From: Pseudomonadota bacterium
GTDB lineage: Bacteria; Pseudomonadota; Gammaproteobacteria; Steroidobacterales; Steroidobacteraceae
NCBI GenBank assembly: GCA_021790795.1
Contig: JAJYFU010000002.1
Span: forward strand, 1,674 to 65,673
Direction: 5' to 3'
DNA: 64,000 bases
Every line of letters starts with the position of its first letter. Position 1 is the stretch's first letter. Positions 32,406 through 43,600 of the stretch are shown one piece after another. The position numbers and the translations under genes were made by a program. Below the pieces are notes generated by a model. The model saw only the letters and a list, made by a program, of their open reading frames with translations. It had not been told where the DNA came from and ran no database searches.

Positions 32406-34775
32406 GTGGACGCATACGTCGTACCCTTCGAGCAGGTGGGTCAACACGACATCGAATCCGTCGGGGGCAAGAACGCCTCCCTTGGCGAGATGATCCGAGC
32501 GCTGGCGCCGCTCGGCGTCAGCGTCCCGGGCGGCTTCGCCACCACGGCGCACGCCTATCGGGAATTTCTCCGCCAGGACGGGCTCGATGCGCGCATCCGC
32601 GCGGAGCTCGCCACCCTGGAGGTGAACGACGTCGTGCGCCTGGCGGCCACCGGAGCGCGCATCCGCCAGTGGATCCTCGCCACCGGCTTTCCACCGCAGC
32701 TCGAGCAGGCCGTCAGGGATGCGCTGCGGCAGATGAGCGGCGGACGGCCGATCGCGGTGGCGGTACGCTCCTCGGCCACCGCCGAGGACCTGCCCGAAGC
32801 CTCCTTCGCGGGCCAGCAAGAGACGTTCCTGAACGTTCGCGGCGAGGCGCAGGTGCTGGCCGCGATGCACGCGGTGTTCGCCTCGCTGTTCAACGATCGC
32901 GCCATCGCCTATCGCGTGCACCAGGGATTCGATCACTCGGCGGTGGCGCTGTCGGCGGGCGTGCAGCACATGGTGCGCAGCGACCTCGGCACGAGCGGTG
33001 TCATGTTCACGCTCGATACGGACTCGGGATTTCGCGACGTGGTGTTCATCACGGCCGCCTACGGGCTCGGCGAGACCGTGGTCCAGGGAGCGGTCAATCC
33101 CGACGAGTTCTACGTCTACAAGCCGGCGCTGCGCCAGGGCAAGGCGGCGCTGTTGCGGCGCAACCTCGGCGGCAAGGCGATCAAGATGATCTACGCGCAG
33201 CCCGGGGAAGAGGCGCGGGTGCGAACCGTGGACGTCGCCCCCGAGCAGCGCTCGCGCTTCTGTCTGAGCGACGCCGACGTCTTCGCCCTCGCCCGTCAGG
33301 CGCTCGTCATCGAGGCGCACTACGGCAAGCCGATGGACATCGAATGGGGCAAGGACGGCGAGAGCGGCAAGCTCTTCATCCTGCAGGCCCGCCCCGAGAC
33401 CGTACAGAGCCGCACCGGACGCACCCTCCAGCGCTTTGCGCTCAAATCGGAGCGCACGCGCGTGCTCGCCACCGGGCGCAGCATCGGCCAGCGCATCGGC
33501 GCGGGTCCCGCGCGCATCGTGCGCGACGTGCGCGAGATGGCCCGCGTGCAAAGTGGCGACGTCCTGGTCGCCGACATGACCGACCCGGATTGGGAACCGG
33601 TCATGAAGCGGGCCGCGGCCATCGTCACCAACCGCGGCGGACGCACCTGCCATGCGGCCATCATCGCCCGCGAGCTCGGCATACCCGCGGTGGTCGGCTG
33701 CGCAGACGCCACCGTGCGCATCGGCGAGGATCAGCCGGTGACGGTCTCGTGCGCCGAGGGCGACACCGGCTACGTCTACGAGGGCATGCTCGAGTTCGAG
33801 CGCCGCCAGATCGAGCTCGGCACGCTGCCGAAGCTCCCCGTCAAGATCATGATGAACGTCGCCAACCCCGATCGGGCGTTTGGATTCGCGGCGATACCCA
33901 ACCGGGGCGTCGGCCTGGCGCGGCTGGAATTCATCATCAGCCGGCTGATCGGCGTGCACCCGCGCGCCCTGCTCGAATACGAGCAGCTCGACGCCGCACT
34001 GAAGGAGCAGATCGTGCCGCAGATGGCCGGCTACGCCGACCCCGTGAGCTTCTATGTCGAGAAGCTTGCCGAAGGAATCGCGCAGATCGCCGCGGCGTTC
34101 GCTCCGGAGCCGGTCATCGTGCGCCTTTCCGACTTCAAATCGAACGAATACGCCAACCTCATCGGCGGGAGCCGATACGAGCCGCGCGAAGAGAACCCCA
34201 TGCTGGGGCTGCGCGGCGCGGCCCGCTATGTCGATGAGCGCTTTCGGCCCTGCTTCGAGCTCGAATGCCGCGCGATCAAAAGGGTGCGCGAGCAGCAGGG
34301 GCTGGAAAACGTGCAGGTGATGGTGCCGTTCGTGCGCACCGTCGCCGAGGGCCGAAAGGTGACCGAACTGCTCGCCGAGAACGGCCTCGCGCGCGGCGAG
34401 CGGGGCCTGAAAGTGGTGATGATGTGCGAGCTGCCGACCAACGCGCTGCTCGCCGACGAGTACCTGGAGCACTTCGACGGCATGTCGATCGGCTCCAATG
34501 ACCTCACGCAACTGACGCTCGGGCTCGATCGCGACTCGGCGCTCGTGGCGCATCAATTCGACGAGCGTGACGCCGCCGTGCGCCGTCTGATAGCCCTGGC
34601 GATCGCCGCGTGCCGCAAACAGGGCAAGTACATCGGAATCTGCGGTCAGGGGCCCTCGGATCATCCTGACTTCGCGCGCTGGCTGCTCGATCAGGGCATC
34701 GAGAGCATCTCGCTCAACCCCGACACCGTGGTCGAGACCTGGCTGCAGCTCGCCGGTGAAAGTGAGCGGCTATAG
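32406..34775 (+). CDS. ppsA: phosphoenolpyruvate synthase
   Basis: In-frame GTG at 32406 ([29 protein letters not shown]), giving about 789 aa. Contains [25 protein letters not shown] and the phosphohistidine region [21 protein letters not shown]. Confidence 0.95.
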   Translation: MDAYVVPFEQVGQHDIESVGGKNASLGEMIRALAPLGVSVPGGFATTAHAYREFLRQDGLDARIRAELATLEVNDVVRLAATGARIRQWILATGFPPQLEQAVRDALRQMSGGRPIAVAVRSSATAEDLPEASFAGQQETFLNVRGEAQVLAAMHAVFASLFNDRAIAYRVHQGFDHSAVALSAGVQHMVRSDLGTSGVMFTLDTDSGFRDVVFITAAYGLGETVVQGAVNPDEFYVYKPALRQGKAALLRRNLGGKAIKMIYAQPGEEARVRTVDVAPEQRSRFCLSDADVFALARQALVIEAHYGKPMDIEWGKDGESGKLFILQARPETVQSRTGRTLQRFALKSERTRVLATGRSIGQRIGAGPARIVRDVREMARVQSGDVLVADMTDPDWEPVMKRAAAIVTNRGGRTCHAAIIARELGIPAVVGCADATVRIGEDQPVTVSCAEGDTGYVYEGMLEFERRQIELGTLPKLPVKIMMNVANPDRAFGFAAIPNRGVGLARLEFIISRLIGVHPRALLEYEQLDAALKEQIVPQMAGYADPVSFYVEKLAEGIAQIAAAFAPEPVIVRLSDFKSNEYANLIGGSRYEPREENPMLGLRGAARYVDERFRPCFELECRAIKRVREQQGLENVQVMVPFVRTVAEGRKVTELLAENGLARGERGLKVVMMCELPTNALLADEYLEHFDGMSIGSNDLTQLTLGLDRDSALVAHQFDERDAAVRRLIALAIAACRKQGKYIGICGQGPSDHPDFARWLLDQGIESISLNPDTVVETWLQLAGESERL

Positions 34776-34816
34776 CGGCGAATCCCGAGCTGGGCCGGAC
34801 TCCCCTGCCCGGCCGG

Positions 34817-35380
34817 TCAGCCGGACTCGCCCCCGTAAGCGGGCCGGAACAGCTTGGCGCGGTAATGCCTCAGCTCGCCAATCGATTCCTGGATGTCGGC
34901 GAGCGCCAGGTGCGCCTCCTGTTTCACCAGTCCATCGAGCACCTCGGGCGCCCAGCGGCGCGCCAGCTCCTTTAGCGTGCTGACGTCGAGATTGCGATAA
35001 TGAAAGAATCGCTCGAGAAGCGGCATGAGCCGGGCGAGAAATCTCCGGTCCTGGCAGATGCTGTTGCCGCACATTGGTGAGGCGCCCGGCGGCACGAGCG
35101 GCATGAGGAATGCGAGCGTACGCGCCTCCGCCTCCGCGGTGTCCAGACGGCTGGCCCGCACGCGGGCGAGCAGTCCCGAGCCCCCGTGCTGCTTCTGGTT
35201 CCACTCGTCCATGCCCGCGAGCGTCGTCTCGTCCTGGTGGACGGCGATCACCGGCCCTTCGGCCAGTACGTTGAGCGCCTTGTCCGTGACCAGGGTGGCG
35301 ATCTCCAGGATGGCGTCGGTCTCGGGTTTCAACCCCGTCATTTCCAAGTCGATCCAGATCAGATTGTCGGCGCTGCGCAT
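34817..35380 (-). CDS. orn: oligoribonuclease
   Basis: Internal ATG at 35380. DEDDh motifs [22 protein letters not shown] and [11 protein letters not shown]. Confidence 0.93.
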   Translation of the reverse strand: MRSADNLIWIDLEMTGLKPETDAILEIATLVTDKALNVLAEGPVIAVHQDETTLAGMDEWNQKQHGGSGLLARVRASRLDTAEAEARTLAFLMPLVPPGASPMCGNSICQDRRFLARLMPLLERFFHYRNLDVSTLKELARRWAPEVLDGLVKQEAHLALADIQESIGELRHYRAKLFRPAYGGESG

Positions 35381-35413
35381 GCTTGGCTCGCGGTGGGTGA
35401 TAATCGGCGACCG

Positions 35414-36334
35414 ATGAGTGTAGCAACGTTCGATGCCCGCGTGATCGGCGCATTTGGCCGCCGGGTCAGCCTGCGCCTCGCGGACGGACGTGAATTCCCG
35501 GGCCGGCCGCTCGGACGTGGGCTTTCCATCGTCTGCGGCGACACCGTGCGCTGCCGTCTGGATGAGCGCCATGCGGAGGTCCACGTCCTCGAAGTGCTGC
35601 CGCGGCGCACAGCCCTATACCGCAGCAACGCGCGCGGCGGCGCCGAGCCGGTGCTGGCCAATCTCGATCGGCTGCTGGTGGTCATCGCGCCGCTCCCCGA
35701 GCCCGACTTGTTCGTCGCTGACCGTTACCTCGCCGCCGCCGAATCGGCCGGCATCGAGGCGGTGCTGGTGATCAACAAGGCCGACCTCGGAGTCGATGCC
35801 GCGCTCGAGGCTCAACTGCGGGGGTATGCGCTGGCGGGCTACCGGCCGATCACCGTCTCGGCGGCCGCCGGAACCGGCCTCGATGCGCTGGCCGCGGTGC
35901 GCGGCGGACGCGTGGCCGCATTGGTCGGCCAGTCGGGGGTGGGCAAGTCATCGCTGGCGGCGCGGCTGATCCCGGACGCGAACATTACGATCGGGTCTCT
36001 GGCGCGGGAGCAGGAAGGGCGCCACACGACCACCGCCTCGCGCCTGTACCCGCTCGCCGGCGGAGGCCAACTCGCCGATTCCCCGGGCGTGCGCGATTTC
36101 GCCCCGGCACTGGTCGCGCTCGATGCCCGCTCGCTGGGGTTCACGGAGGTGGCGCGGCTGGCCGGCGGCTGCCGCTTTCTCGACTGCCAGCACCTGCGCG
36201 AGCCCGATTGCGCGGTACGCGCAGCCCTCGAGCGCGGCGAGATGCACGCGCGCCGCTACGAGAGCTACCGCCGCCTGCGCCGCCTACGCGAGACTCTCAT
36301 GACGGCGCACGAGCACGGCTCGCGCCGCGGCTGA
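35414..36334 (+). CDS. rsgA: ribosome small-subunit-dependent GTPase A
   Basis: Internal ATG at 35414. Circularly permuted GTPase motifs VINKADL and [10 protein letters not shown], plus C-terminal zinc knuckle [14 protein letters not shown]. Confidence 0.9.
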   Translation: MSVATFDARVIGAFGRRVSLRLADGREFPGRPLGRGLSIVCGDTVRCRLDERHAEVHVLEVLPRRTALYRSNARGGAEPVLANLDRLLVVIAPLPEPDLFVADRYLAAAESAGIEAVLVINKADLGVDAALEAQLRGYALAGYRPITVSAAAGTGLDALAAVRGGRVAALVGQSGVGKSSLAARLIPDANITIGSLAREQEGRHTTTASRLYPLAGGGQLADSPGVRDFAPALVALDARSLGFTEVARLAGGCRFLDCQHLREPDCAVRAALERGEMHARRYESYRRLRRLRETLMTAHEHGSRRG

Positions 36335-36347
36335 AGACGCACTCGAT

Positions 36348-36944
36348 TCAGATGTTCTGACGACCACTCAGCGCGCGCGCAAGCGTGCCGCCGTCGACGT
36401 ACTCGATCTCCCCTCCGATCGGCACCCCGTGGGCGATGCGGCTGGCGCGCAAACCGCGGCGCAGGGCCAACTCGGCGAGGTAATGCGCGGTCGCCTCGCC
36501 TTCGACCGTGGGGTTGGTGGCCAGGATCAACTCGCGCAGCCCACCCTCATCGAGGATCGCCTCGAGCTCGCGCACACCGAGCTGCTCGGGCCCCATGCCA
36601 TCGAGGGGCGACAGATGCCCCATGAGCACGAAGTAGCGCCCCCGGTAGCTGCCCGACTGCTCGACGGCGACGACATCGGCGGGCGTCTCGACCACGCACA
36701 GCAACCCGGCCTCGCGCTGCGGCGAGGCGCAGATTGCGCACAGGTCCGTCTCGGCGAACATACGACAGCGCCGGCAGGGCTTGACCGCCGCAAGTGCCGC
36801 CTCCAGCGACTGCGCGAGGGTCTGCGCGGCCGGTCGCCCGTCCTGCAGGAGCTGAAACGCCATGCGTTGGGCGCTCTTCGGGCCCACACCGGGCAGCGCA
36901 CGCAGCGCCTCGATCAGCTGGGCGAGACGCGGGGAATACTTCAC
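36348..36944 (-). CDS. recR: recombination protein RecR
   Basis: 198-aa ORF containing [14 protein letters not shown], a C4 zinc finger (CRRC...CAIC) and a Toprim domain. Confidence 0.96.
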   Translation of the reverse strand: MKYSPRLAQLIEALRALPGVGPKSAQRMAFQLLQDGRPAAQTLAQSLEAALAAVKPCRRCRMFAETDLCAICASPQREAGLLCVVETPADVVAVEQSGSYRGRYFVLMGHLSPLDGMGPEQLGVRELEAILDEGGLRELILATNPTVEGEATAHYLAELALRRGLRASRIAHGVPIGGEIEYVDGGTLARALSGRQNI

Positions 36945-36951
36945 GACTCGC

Positions 36952-37275
36952 TCAGAAGGGAAGCTTCATTCCCGGGGGCAGTTGCAGCCCGGCGGTGACC
37001 GATGACATCTTTTCCTGCGTGGTCACCTCGACTTTGTGCACCGCATCGTTCACGGCTGCCGCGACGAGATCCTCGAGCATCTCGCGATCCTCGCCGATCA
37101 CCGCCGGCTCGATCTGAACGCGCCGCACTTCGTGCCGACCGGTCATGGTGACCTTGACCATGCCGCCGCCGGACTCGCCGAGCACCTCCATGCGACCGAT
37201 TTCCTCCTGCACCTTCTGCATGGATTCCTGCATGGCCTGGGCCTGCTTCATCAGCTGATTGATATTGCCTCGCAT
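36952..37275 (-). CDS. ybaB: nucleoid-associated protein YbaB/EbfC
   Basis: 107-aa ORF starting [25 protein letters not shown]. Conserved dnaX-ybaB-recR order. Confidence 0.93.
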   Translation of the reverse strand: MRGNINQLMKQAQAMQESMQKVQEEIGRMEVLGESGGGMVKVTMTGRHEVRRVQIEPAVIGEDREMLEDLVAAAVNDAVHKVEVTTQEKMSSVTAGLQLPPGMKLPF

Positions 37276-37321
37276 GAGGTCGCTCCTCGATGGTCACGAA
37301 TAGGTTGCCGGCAGCGCCGGA

Positions 37322-38953
37322 TCATTTCACGGGGCGGACGGTCTCGGAAATCACTTCCGCTCCAAAGCGCTCGCGAAAACTTTCCACGCCCGGGTCCGCC
37401 TCGAAGGCGCGGCGGGCGGCTTCGGAGCGCTCGCGCGAGGCGCGCTGCCGCGCCTGGGCCGGTGTTTCACCGGACTCGGGTGCGGCGACGAACTCCAACC
37501 GGACCGGCTCGCCGAAGTGGCGTGAGAGCGCCTGCGCGAGCTTCTCCTCCAGAGAAGCGGTGCGCAGGGAGCCGCTGCGCGGATCCAGGGCCAGCTGCAC
37601 ACGTCCCCCTTCACGAGCGATGAGCGCGCAGTGACTGGCCAGCTGACGCGCCGCGCCCTGCAGGTCGAGCTGTCCCAGCAGCGCGCTCCACTGCCCGGCG
37701 CCGGCGTCCGCCGGCTCGGCGCCCCCGGCCTTCCCGCGCTGCGGCGACGACTCGGTCTGTGTCGCGTACCGCTCGGAGGACTCCTCCGGCCTCGCGGCCG
37801 CTCGCCTGGGGCTGGCCGCCGCGGGCGCCGCGGCCGGCCGGGCGCCCGGCGTTCGCGGCTCACCCGGTCGGAATGCGATCATCCTCAGCAGTGTCATCTC
37901 GAAGCCCGTGCGCGGATCGGGCGCCAGCGGCAGATCGCGCCGGCCCATGATGGCCGTCTGGTAGTAGAGCTGCACATCCTCGGCCGCGAGCTCGCCGGCG
38001 AGACGGGCGATCAGCTCGGGCGCATACAGCTCGTCGCCCTCGTACGCCTCCCCCACGACTTGCTTGAGCGCAACGCGGGTGAGGAGCGCGGCGAGCTCAT
38101 CGAGCAGCTGGGCGTAATCCGGCGCCCATTGCTCGAGCGAGCGCGCGAAGCGCAGCAGCTCCGGGCTCTCACCGGCCGCCAGCCGCTCGGCGAGCTGCAC
38201 CACGTGATCGCGCGCTACGGTCCCGAGCATGGCGCGCGCCTCGGCCTCCGCGACGCTCCCACCGCCGAAGGCGATCAGTTGATCGAGCAGCGAGAGCGCG
38301 TCGCGCATGCTCCCGTCGGCGGCCTGCGCCACCAGCGCGACGCCCGCCGGCTCGAAGGCGATACCCTCCTTCTCGAGCACGGTGCGCAGGGTCGCTGCGA
38401 TCTGCGCCGTCGGAATGCGCTTGAGGTTGAATTGCAGACAGCGCGACAGGACGGTGACGGGCAGCTTCTGCGGGTCGGTCGTCGCCAGCAGGAACTTCAC
38501 GTGCGGCGGCGGCTCCTCCAGCGTCTTCAGCAGCGCATTGAACGAATGCGTCGAGAGCATGTGCACCTCGTCGATGAGGTACACCTTGTAACGGCCGCGC
38601 GTGGGCGCGAACTGCACGTTGTCCAGGATCTCGCGCGTGTCGTCGACCTTGGTACGCGAGGCCGCGTCGACCTCGATCAGATCCACGAACCGCCCGGTCT
38701 CGATCTCGCGGCAGCTGGCGCACTGGCCGCAAGGCGTATCGGTGACGCCGGCTTCACAGTTGAGGCATTTCGCGAGGATGCGCGCAATGGAGGTCTTGCC
38801 GACGCCGCGCGTGCCGGTGAACAGGAACGCGTGATGCACGCGGCCGGATCGCAGCGCATTGACCAGCACCTGGCTCACATGATCCTGGCCCACGAGCTCG
38901 TTGAACGCCTTGGGGCGCCATTTGCGCGCCAGTGCGATGTAGCTTTCGGTCAT
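37322..38953 (-). CDS. dnaX: DNA polymerase III subunit gamma/tau
   Basis: 543-aa ORF containing HAFLFTGTRGVGKTSIARILAKCLNCE and the SRC motif (LSRCLQF). No A-rich slippery heptamer seen. Confidence 0.95.
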   Translation of the reverse strand: MTESYIALARKWRPKAFNELVGQDHVSQVLVNALRSGRVHHAFLFTGTRGVGKTSIARILAKCLNCEAGVTDTPCGQCASCREIETGRFVDLIEVDAASRTKVDDTREILDNVQFAPTRGRYKVYLIDEVHMLSTHSFNALLKTLEEPPPHVKFLLATTDPQKLPVTVLSRCLQFNLKRIPTAQIAATLRTVLEKEGIAFEPAGVALVAQAADGSMRDALSLLDQLIAFGGGSVAEAEARAMLGTVARDHVVQLAERLAAGESPELLRFARSLEQWAPDYAQLLDELAALLTRVALKQVVGEAYEGDELYAPELIARLAGELAAEDVQLYYQTAIMGRRDLPLAPDPRTGFEMTLLRMIAFRPGEPRTPGARPAAAPAAASPRRAAARPEESSERYATQTESSPQRGKAGGAEPADAGAGQWSALLGQLDLQGAARQLASHCALIAREGGRVQLALDPRSGSLRTASLEEKLAQALSRHFGEPVRLEFVAAPESGETPAQARQRASRERSEAARRAFEADPGVESFRERFGAEVISETVRPVK

Positions 38954-38977
38954 GCGAGCCGCCTCAGCCGGATAGGG

Positions 38978-39090
38978 AGGCGGCCCGCACCAGCGGGTGC
39001 TCCGGCACCCGACATCGCCGCTGCCGCTGCTGCCTTCCGGCCCTGACGGGGTTCACGACTGGTCGTCGCGGAGTAGCCGATGCGGGCCAC
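38978..39090 (-). ncRNA. ffs: signal recognition particle 4.5S RNA
   Basis: The minus strand reads GGCCCGCA...CCCGTCAGGGCCGGAAGGCAGCAGCGGCAG...GGGTGCCGGAGCACCCGCTGGTGCGGGCC. The ends GGCCCGCA and TGCGGGCC pair. The domain IV core resembles E. coli GGUCAGGUCCGGAAGGAAGCAGCC. Immediately upstream of dnaX. End coordinates are approximate. Confidence 0.75.
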
Positions 39091-39282
39091 CACAGCCAAA
39101 AAAAAACCACCCCCGCGGACGAAGCCCGTCCTCGGCGCGGACTGGCCGCGCGGACCGGCATCGGACGCGGTGGCATCTAAGATAGTGCAAGGATAGCAAA
39201 GGCCGCCGCCGCCCGCTGAGGAAGCCCGGGCCAGCCCCCCGACCCGCGGGCAACCTTGGCCGCGGCGGGAGCTGCAAAACCC

Positions 39283-39314
39283 TTGACCCTGGACCATGGT
39301 CTATGATGTACGGT
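39283..39314 (+). promoter_or_regulatory. MerR-type promoter with over-long spacer and central dyad
   Basis: TTGACC (39283-39288), a 20-nt spacer, then TACGGT (39309-39314). The spacer contains the perfect 10-bp palindrome GACCATGGTC (39292-39301). Lies 30 nt upstream of the MerR-family gene. Confidence 0.4.
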
Positions 39315-39343
39315 AAATCATCGGCCGACACGGGAGCCACACA

Positions 39344-39784
39344 GTGGACAGCCTCGGCATTGGAGCGCTCGCCCGCGAGGCAGGCGTGCGTATCGACACG
39401 GTCCGGTATTACGAGCGCAGCGGACTGCTGGCGCCCAAATCACGTCTCTCATCCGGTTATCGCCGCTATGGCGTCACCGAGCTGGCGCGGCTGCGGTTCA
39501 TCCGCCGCGCCCAGACCCTCGGGTTCACGCTGAAGGAGATCCGCGAGCTTCTCGCACTGTCCAAAGGGCGCGATGTCGCGCGGGTCAAGCGCGCCGCGCA
39601 AACGAAGCTCGCCGACGTCGAGACGCGCATCGCGGCATTGGAACGTGTACGTGACGGACTGGCGACGCTCATCGCCGCTTGTCCGGGTCATGGTGATGCG
39701 GCCGATTGCCCGATTCTCCAGGCCCTCGGCGGCGACGGCGCGCCGCAGCTGCCGCAGAGGCCCGGGCTTGCGCCGGAGCCATAG
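39344..39784 (+). CDS. MerR-family transcriptional regulator (metal-responsive subgroup likely)
   Basis: 146-aa ORF with GTG start. HTH IGALAREAGVRIDTVRYYERSGLL, a dimerisation helix, and the C-terminal Cys pair CPGHGDAADCP. Confidence 0.85.
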   Translation: MDSLGIGALAREAGVRIDTVRYYERSGLLAPKSRLSSGYRRYGVTELARLRFIRRAQTLGFTLKEIRELLALSKGRDVARVKRAAQTKLADVETRIAALERVRDGLATLIAACPGHGDAADCPILQALGGDGAPQLPQRPGLAPEP

Positions 39785-39790
39785 GCCCCC

Positions 39791-40363
39791 TCAGGGCGAG
39801 CCGCGCGCGGCGCGCACCAGAAACAGCACGCCGAGTCCCAGAAAGAGCAGGCTCGAGACGACCCGGATCGCCTGCAAGGGCAACCGGACCGACAGCGCCT
39901 GGCCGATGAGCACTGCCGGTGCGCAGGCGAGCACGATCCCGAGGCTCGAGCCGGCCACCACCGCGGCGACATTGTGGTATGCGGCGGCCAGCACCGCGGT
40001 GGCGATCTGGGTCTTGTCGCCCATCTCGGCGATGACGAAGCTTACCAACGCGCTCCAGAACAGTCCGAGGGACCGCCGAGGCACACCGTCCCCGCGCACG
40101 GCCTCGGGCTTCAATGCCCACAACGCCATTACGATCAGGCTGACACCGACCAGGAGATTGACCACACGCGGATTGAGTGCCGAACCCAGCCGCTCGCCGA
40201 TCAATGCCGCGAGCACACTGCTTGCGAGCGTGCCCACGAGCATCGCCGAGAGGATCGGCCAGGGACGACGATGGCGGGCCGCCAGCGTCAGCAACAGCAG
40301 TTGTGTGCGATCACCGATCTCCGCGATCGCGACCGCGGAAAGGCTGGCGAGGAAGGCCTCCAT
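39791..40363 (-). CDS. GDT1/TMEM165 (UPF0016) family cation transporter
   Basis: 190-aa ORF with about six hydrophobic segments and the duplicated signature E-x-G-D-(K/R)-T (EIGDRTQ and EMGDKTQ). Confidence 0.85.
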   Translation of the reverse strand: MEAFLASLSAVAIAEIGDRTQLLLLTLAARHRRPWPILSAMLVGTLASSVLAALIGERLGSALNPRVVNLLVGVSLIVMALWALKPEAVRGDGVPRRSLGLFWSALVSFVIAEMGDKTQIATAVLAAAYHNVAAVVAGSSLGIVLACAPAVLIGQALSVRLPLQAIRVVSSLLFLGLGVLFLVRAARGSP

Positions 40364-40602
40364 CGCACCGGATCGTACCAGCTGCGGGGCACGGGCATCG
40401 CGCGCGGCGGGCTCGGGGCGTCCGGTACGCGAGCGCGCCGGACCGGGCAGGCGCGGCGCTGCCCAGACTCGTTCCCGGCCGGAGGACGGATTAGACTAGG
40501 CGGCGCGGCTCTCGTCGATCCGCCCGAAACAAAGCGGTACGCCGCCCACGTGCGGCGGTCCGCGGGTGCGGGATGGGACGGGACGCAGGGGAGTAACAAC
40601 AC

Positions 40603-43600
40603 ATGCGTTTCCGAATGGCGATCCGCCTGCCTCGGCGGCGATGGCTCATCGGCCTGGGGGCCGTTGTGCTGCTTGCCGCCGCCTACCTGTGGGCCGGTTA
40701 TGTGCTCGCACCACGCATGATTCGCTCCGCGGCGATGCGCTGGGCCGCCGCGCATCCGGGTCTGGCGCTCGCGCTCGGGCCGATCAAGGTCGACCCGATC
40801 CGATTCACCGCCTCGATTCGCGACATCGGCCTGACGGAACGCGGCCGGCCGCTGGCAACGATCGCCTTGCTGCGCGTCGGCGTCGCGCCGCTGTCGGTAT
40901 TCGAGCGGGCGTATCGCATCACGCTGCTCGACCTCGAGCAGCCCGTGGTCCACGCGCGCATCCGTCGCAACGGGTCGATCAACCTCGATGCGCTCCGGGC
41001 GTCATCGGGGCCGAGCGGCGCTCCGGCGCCCGCCGTGCGCATCCAGAAACTCACGCTCGAACAGGGTGAGATCTCCCTCACCGATGGGCGCCGTACGCCG
41101 GCGGCGCGCCTGACTCTCGCACCCATCTCCTTGCGCCTGATGCACTTCCGCACCTGGGGCGCTCCCGACGGGCGGTTCACACTCCAGGCGCGCGCCCAGG
41201 ATGGCGCACGGCTGCTGTGGCAGGGCACGGTGGGGATGTCCCCGATCGCGTCGGCCGGAACCGTCGCCCTGACGGACCTCGATGTCCCACTGCTGGCGCA
41301 GTTTCTGCCGCGCAGCCTGCCCATGACACCGGCCACCGGGCGGCTCAGCCTGCGCGGCGGCTATACGGTTCGAGACGGCGGCAAGGGCCTGGGCCTGGGG
41401 CTCTCCGGCCTGCGTCTCGCCGCCACGGGGCTGACAATCAACGGCGGCGGGCGCCTGCATGGCCTGCTGCGCATCGGCGGTGTGAGCGCCCAGGGGGGTG
41501 CTCTTAAGGTGGTGGCGGGCCGCTCGGCGCAGGGCTCGCTCCTGCGCTTCAGTGTGGACAACGCGAGCCTGACGGGCGCCGGTCCGGCTCGCGGCCAGCA
41601 GATCCAACTCGCACACCTGCGGCTTGCGGATGCGCGTTTCGATGCGCGCCGACAGCGCCTTGCGGCCGCCTCGCTGGTTCTCACCGGACTGCGGCTGCCG
41701 GTGACGCGCGAGAAGAACGGCACCTTGAATCTGACGCGTTGGCTGCCGGCCGCCGCGCACCCACAGACCCACGCTGCCGCCGCTTCCCCGCCGCGAAAGT
41801 GGCATGTCGCGCTCAATCGCCTAGTCGTGAGCGACGCGGTGGTGCCGGTGCAGGACCTCGCGGTCTCGCCGGCGGTGCGGCTGCAGATCGCGCCGCTCTC
41901 TGTCACGCTGCGCTCGCTGAGCGACGATACGTCGCGCGTGGTGCCTTTCCGTCTGACGGCTCGCATCGATCGACAGGGATCCGTGCAGCTGGCCGGACGC
42001 ATCGTGCCGGCCACGAGAACCGGCACGCTCACGCTCTCCATGGCCTACGTGCCGCTGGCACCGTTCACCGCGTATCTGCCACCCGCCCTGGCGGTCGAGA
42101 TCCATTCCGGCGCGCTTCGGGCCACCGGCGCCGCCGTACTCGCCGCAGGCAAGCTCACGCGCTTCACCGGCGGCATGGGCGTGTACAACGTGCAACTGCT
42201 CGACCGCACCGGCGGCGGCGCCCTGATCGGCTGGCAGGCGTTGCTGCTGCACAAAATCCGCTATCGGCCCAATCGGCTGCACATCCGCTTCGTACGCCTG
42301 GTCGCCCCGGCCGGGCTGATCGCGATCTTGCCGAATCGCAGCTGGAACCTGGCGGCGCTGATGCCCGCTCCCGCGGGCCCGACGCACCCGCGCGCGCCGC
42401 ATCCGCCGCCGAAGGCCGCCGGTCCCGCGTTCTCCGCCCGGGTGAACCGGCTGTTCATCGTCGATGGAACCATCACCTTCGCGGACGAATCCGTCGAGCC
42501 GCACTTCCGCGCGCCGATCCGGCGGCTGCATGGAGTGATCCTCAATCTCTCGAGCGCGCCCAATGCGCTCTCGAGCATCGCGCTTGCCGGAGAGGTGACC
42601 GACCGGTTCTCTCCCGTCACGGTCGCGGGCAAGTTCAATGTGTACGGCCTCGGCCGCGACACCAACATCCGCGCCACGTTCAAGAACATCCAGCTGCCCA
42701 TCTTCGATCCGTACTCCGACCTGTACGCCGGCTACGCCATCGCGAAGGGAGAACTCACCACCCGGTTCCACTACCGTATCGTCGATCGCGAGCTGCATGC
42801 CGAACATCACATCATCGTCCGGGAGCTGCAGTGGGGCGGCCCGAGCGCCAGCAAACAGAGCGTGGGCTGGCCCATCCGGCTGGCGACCGCGCTGCTGAAG
42901 AACCCCGACGGGGTCATCCGCATCAGCCTGCCCGTCACCGGCTCGCTCAACGACCCGAGTTTCCACATCACCTCGATCGTCTGGAAGATGTTGGAGCACC
43001 TGCTCGAGAAGGCCGCGCTCGCCCCCTTCGAGCTCGTCGGCCAGTTGTTCCCCGGCGCGCAGCGGGCGCAGGACGTCGAGTTCATTCCCGGCTCGGCGGC
43101 GCTGCCGCCCGGCGCAGCGGCGAGCCTGTCCGACCTGGGCCGCGCCCTCGCCGCCCGCCCGGCGTTGCAGATCGATATTCCCGCCGGCCCAGCCGGCCCC
43201 GACGACGCCATGGCACTCGAGGATGCGCGAATCGACACCCTGATCATGGCGGGCGATCGGCATCCGCATCCGGCGGGCATCTTCACGCTGCCACTGCCCG
43301 AGAGGCTGCGCCGGTTCGCGGCGCTCTACCGCGCGCGGCTCGGCAAGCCCCCGGTGTATCCGGCGCATCTGCCTGTACCGACCGAAAGCATCCCGGCGCT
43401 CGGGCGCATACTGCCCGCCAGCGCGCGCGAGACGCGGCGCATGCAGAAGTTCATGCATGAGCAGGCCGAGATTCGCTGGCTGCGCGCGCAGTTGCGTCCG
43501 ACCGTCCGCCCCTCGCGCAAGACGCTCGCCGCGTTGGGACTGGCCCGCGCCGAGCAGGTCGAGCGCGCCTTGCTCGCCACCCACGGGATCGACGTCAAAC

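Noticed and set aside
31503-34664. 1053-aa minus-strand ORF
   Set aside because: Only its last ~274 codons (ppsR) are real. The remainder is antisense to ppsA and has no recognisable domains. A GTG at 32324 gives a normal-length PpsR.
37322-38953. Programmed -1 frameshift site in dnaX (gamma versus tau)
   Set aside because: No A-rich slippery heptamer (no T7/CTTTTTT on the plus strand) is visible within the gene.
40364-40602. Possible yybP-ykoY (Mn) riboswitch in the leader of the UPF0016 transporter
   Set aside because: The minus-strand leader lacks the conserved GGGGAGUAG and GAGACC-type blocks. The only GGGGAG in the spacer is on the plus strand, where it serves as the RBS of the DUF748 gene.
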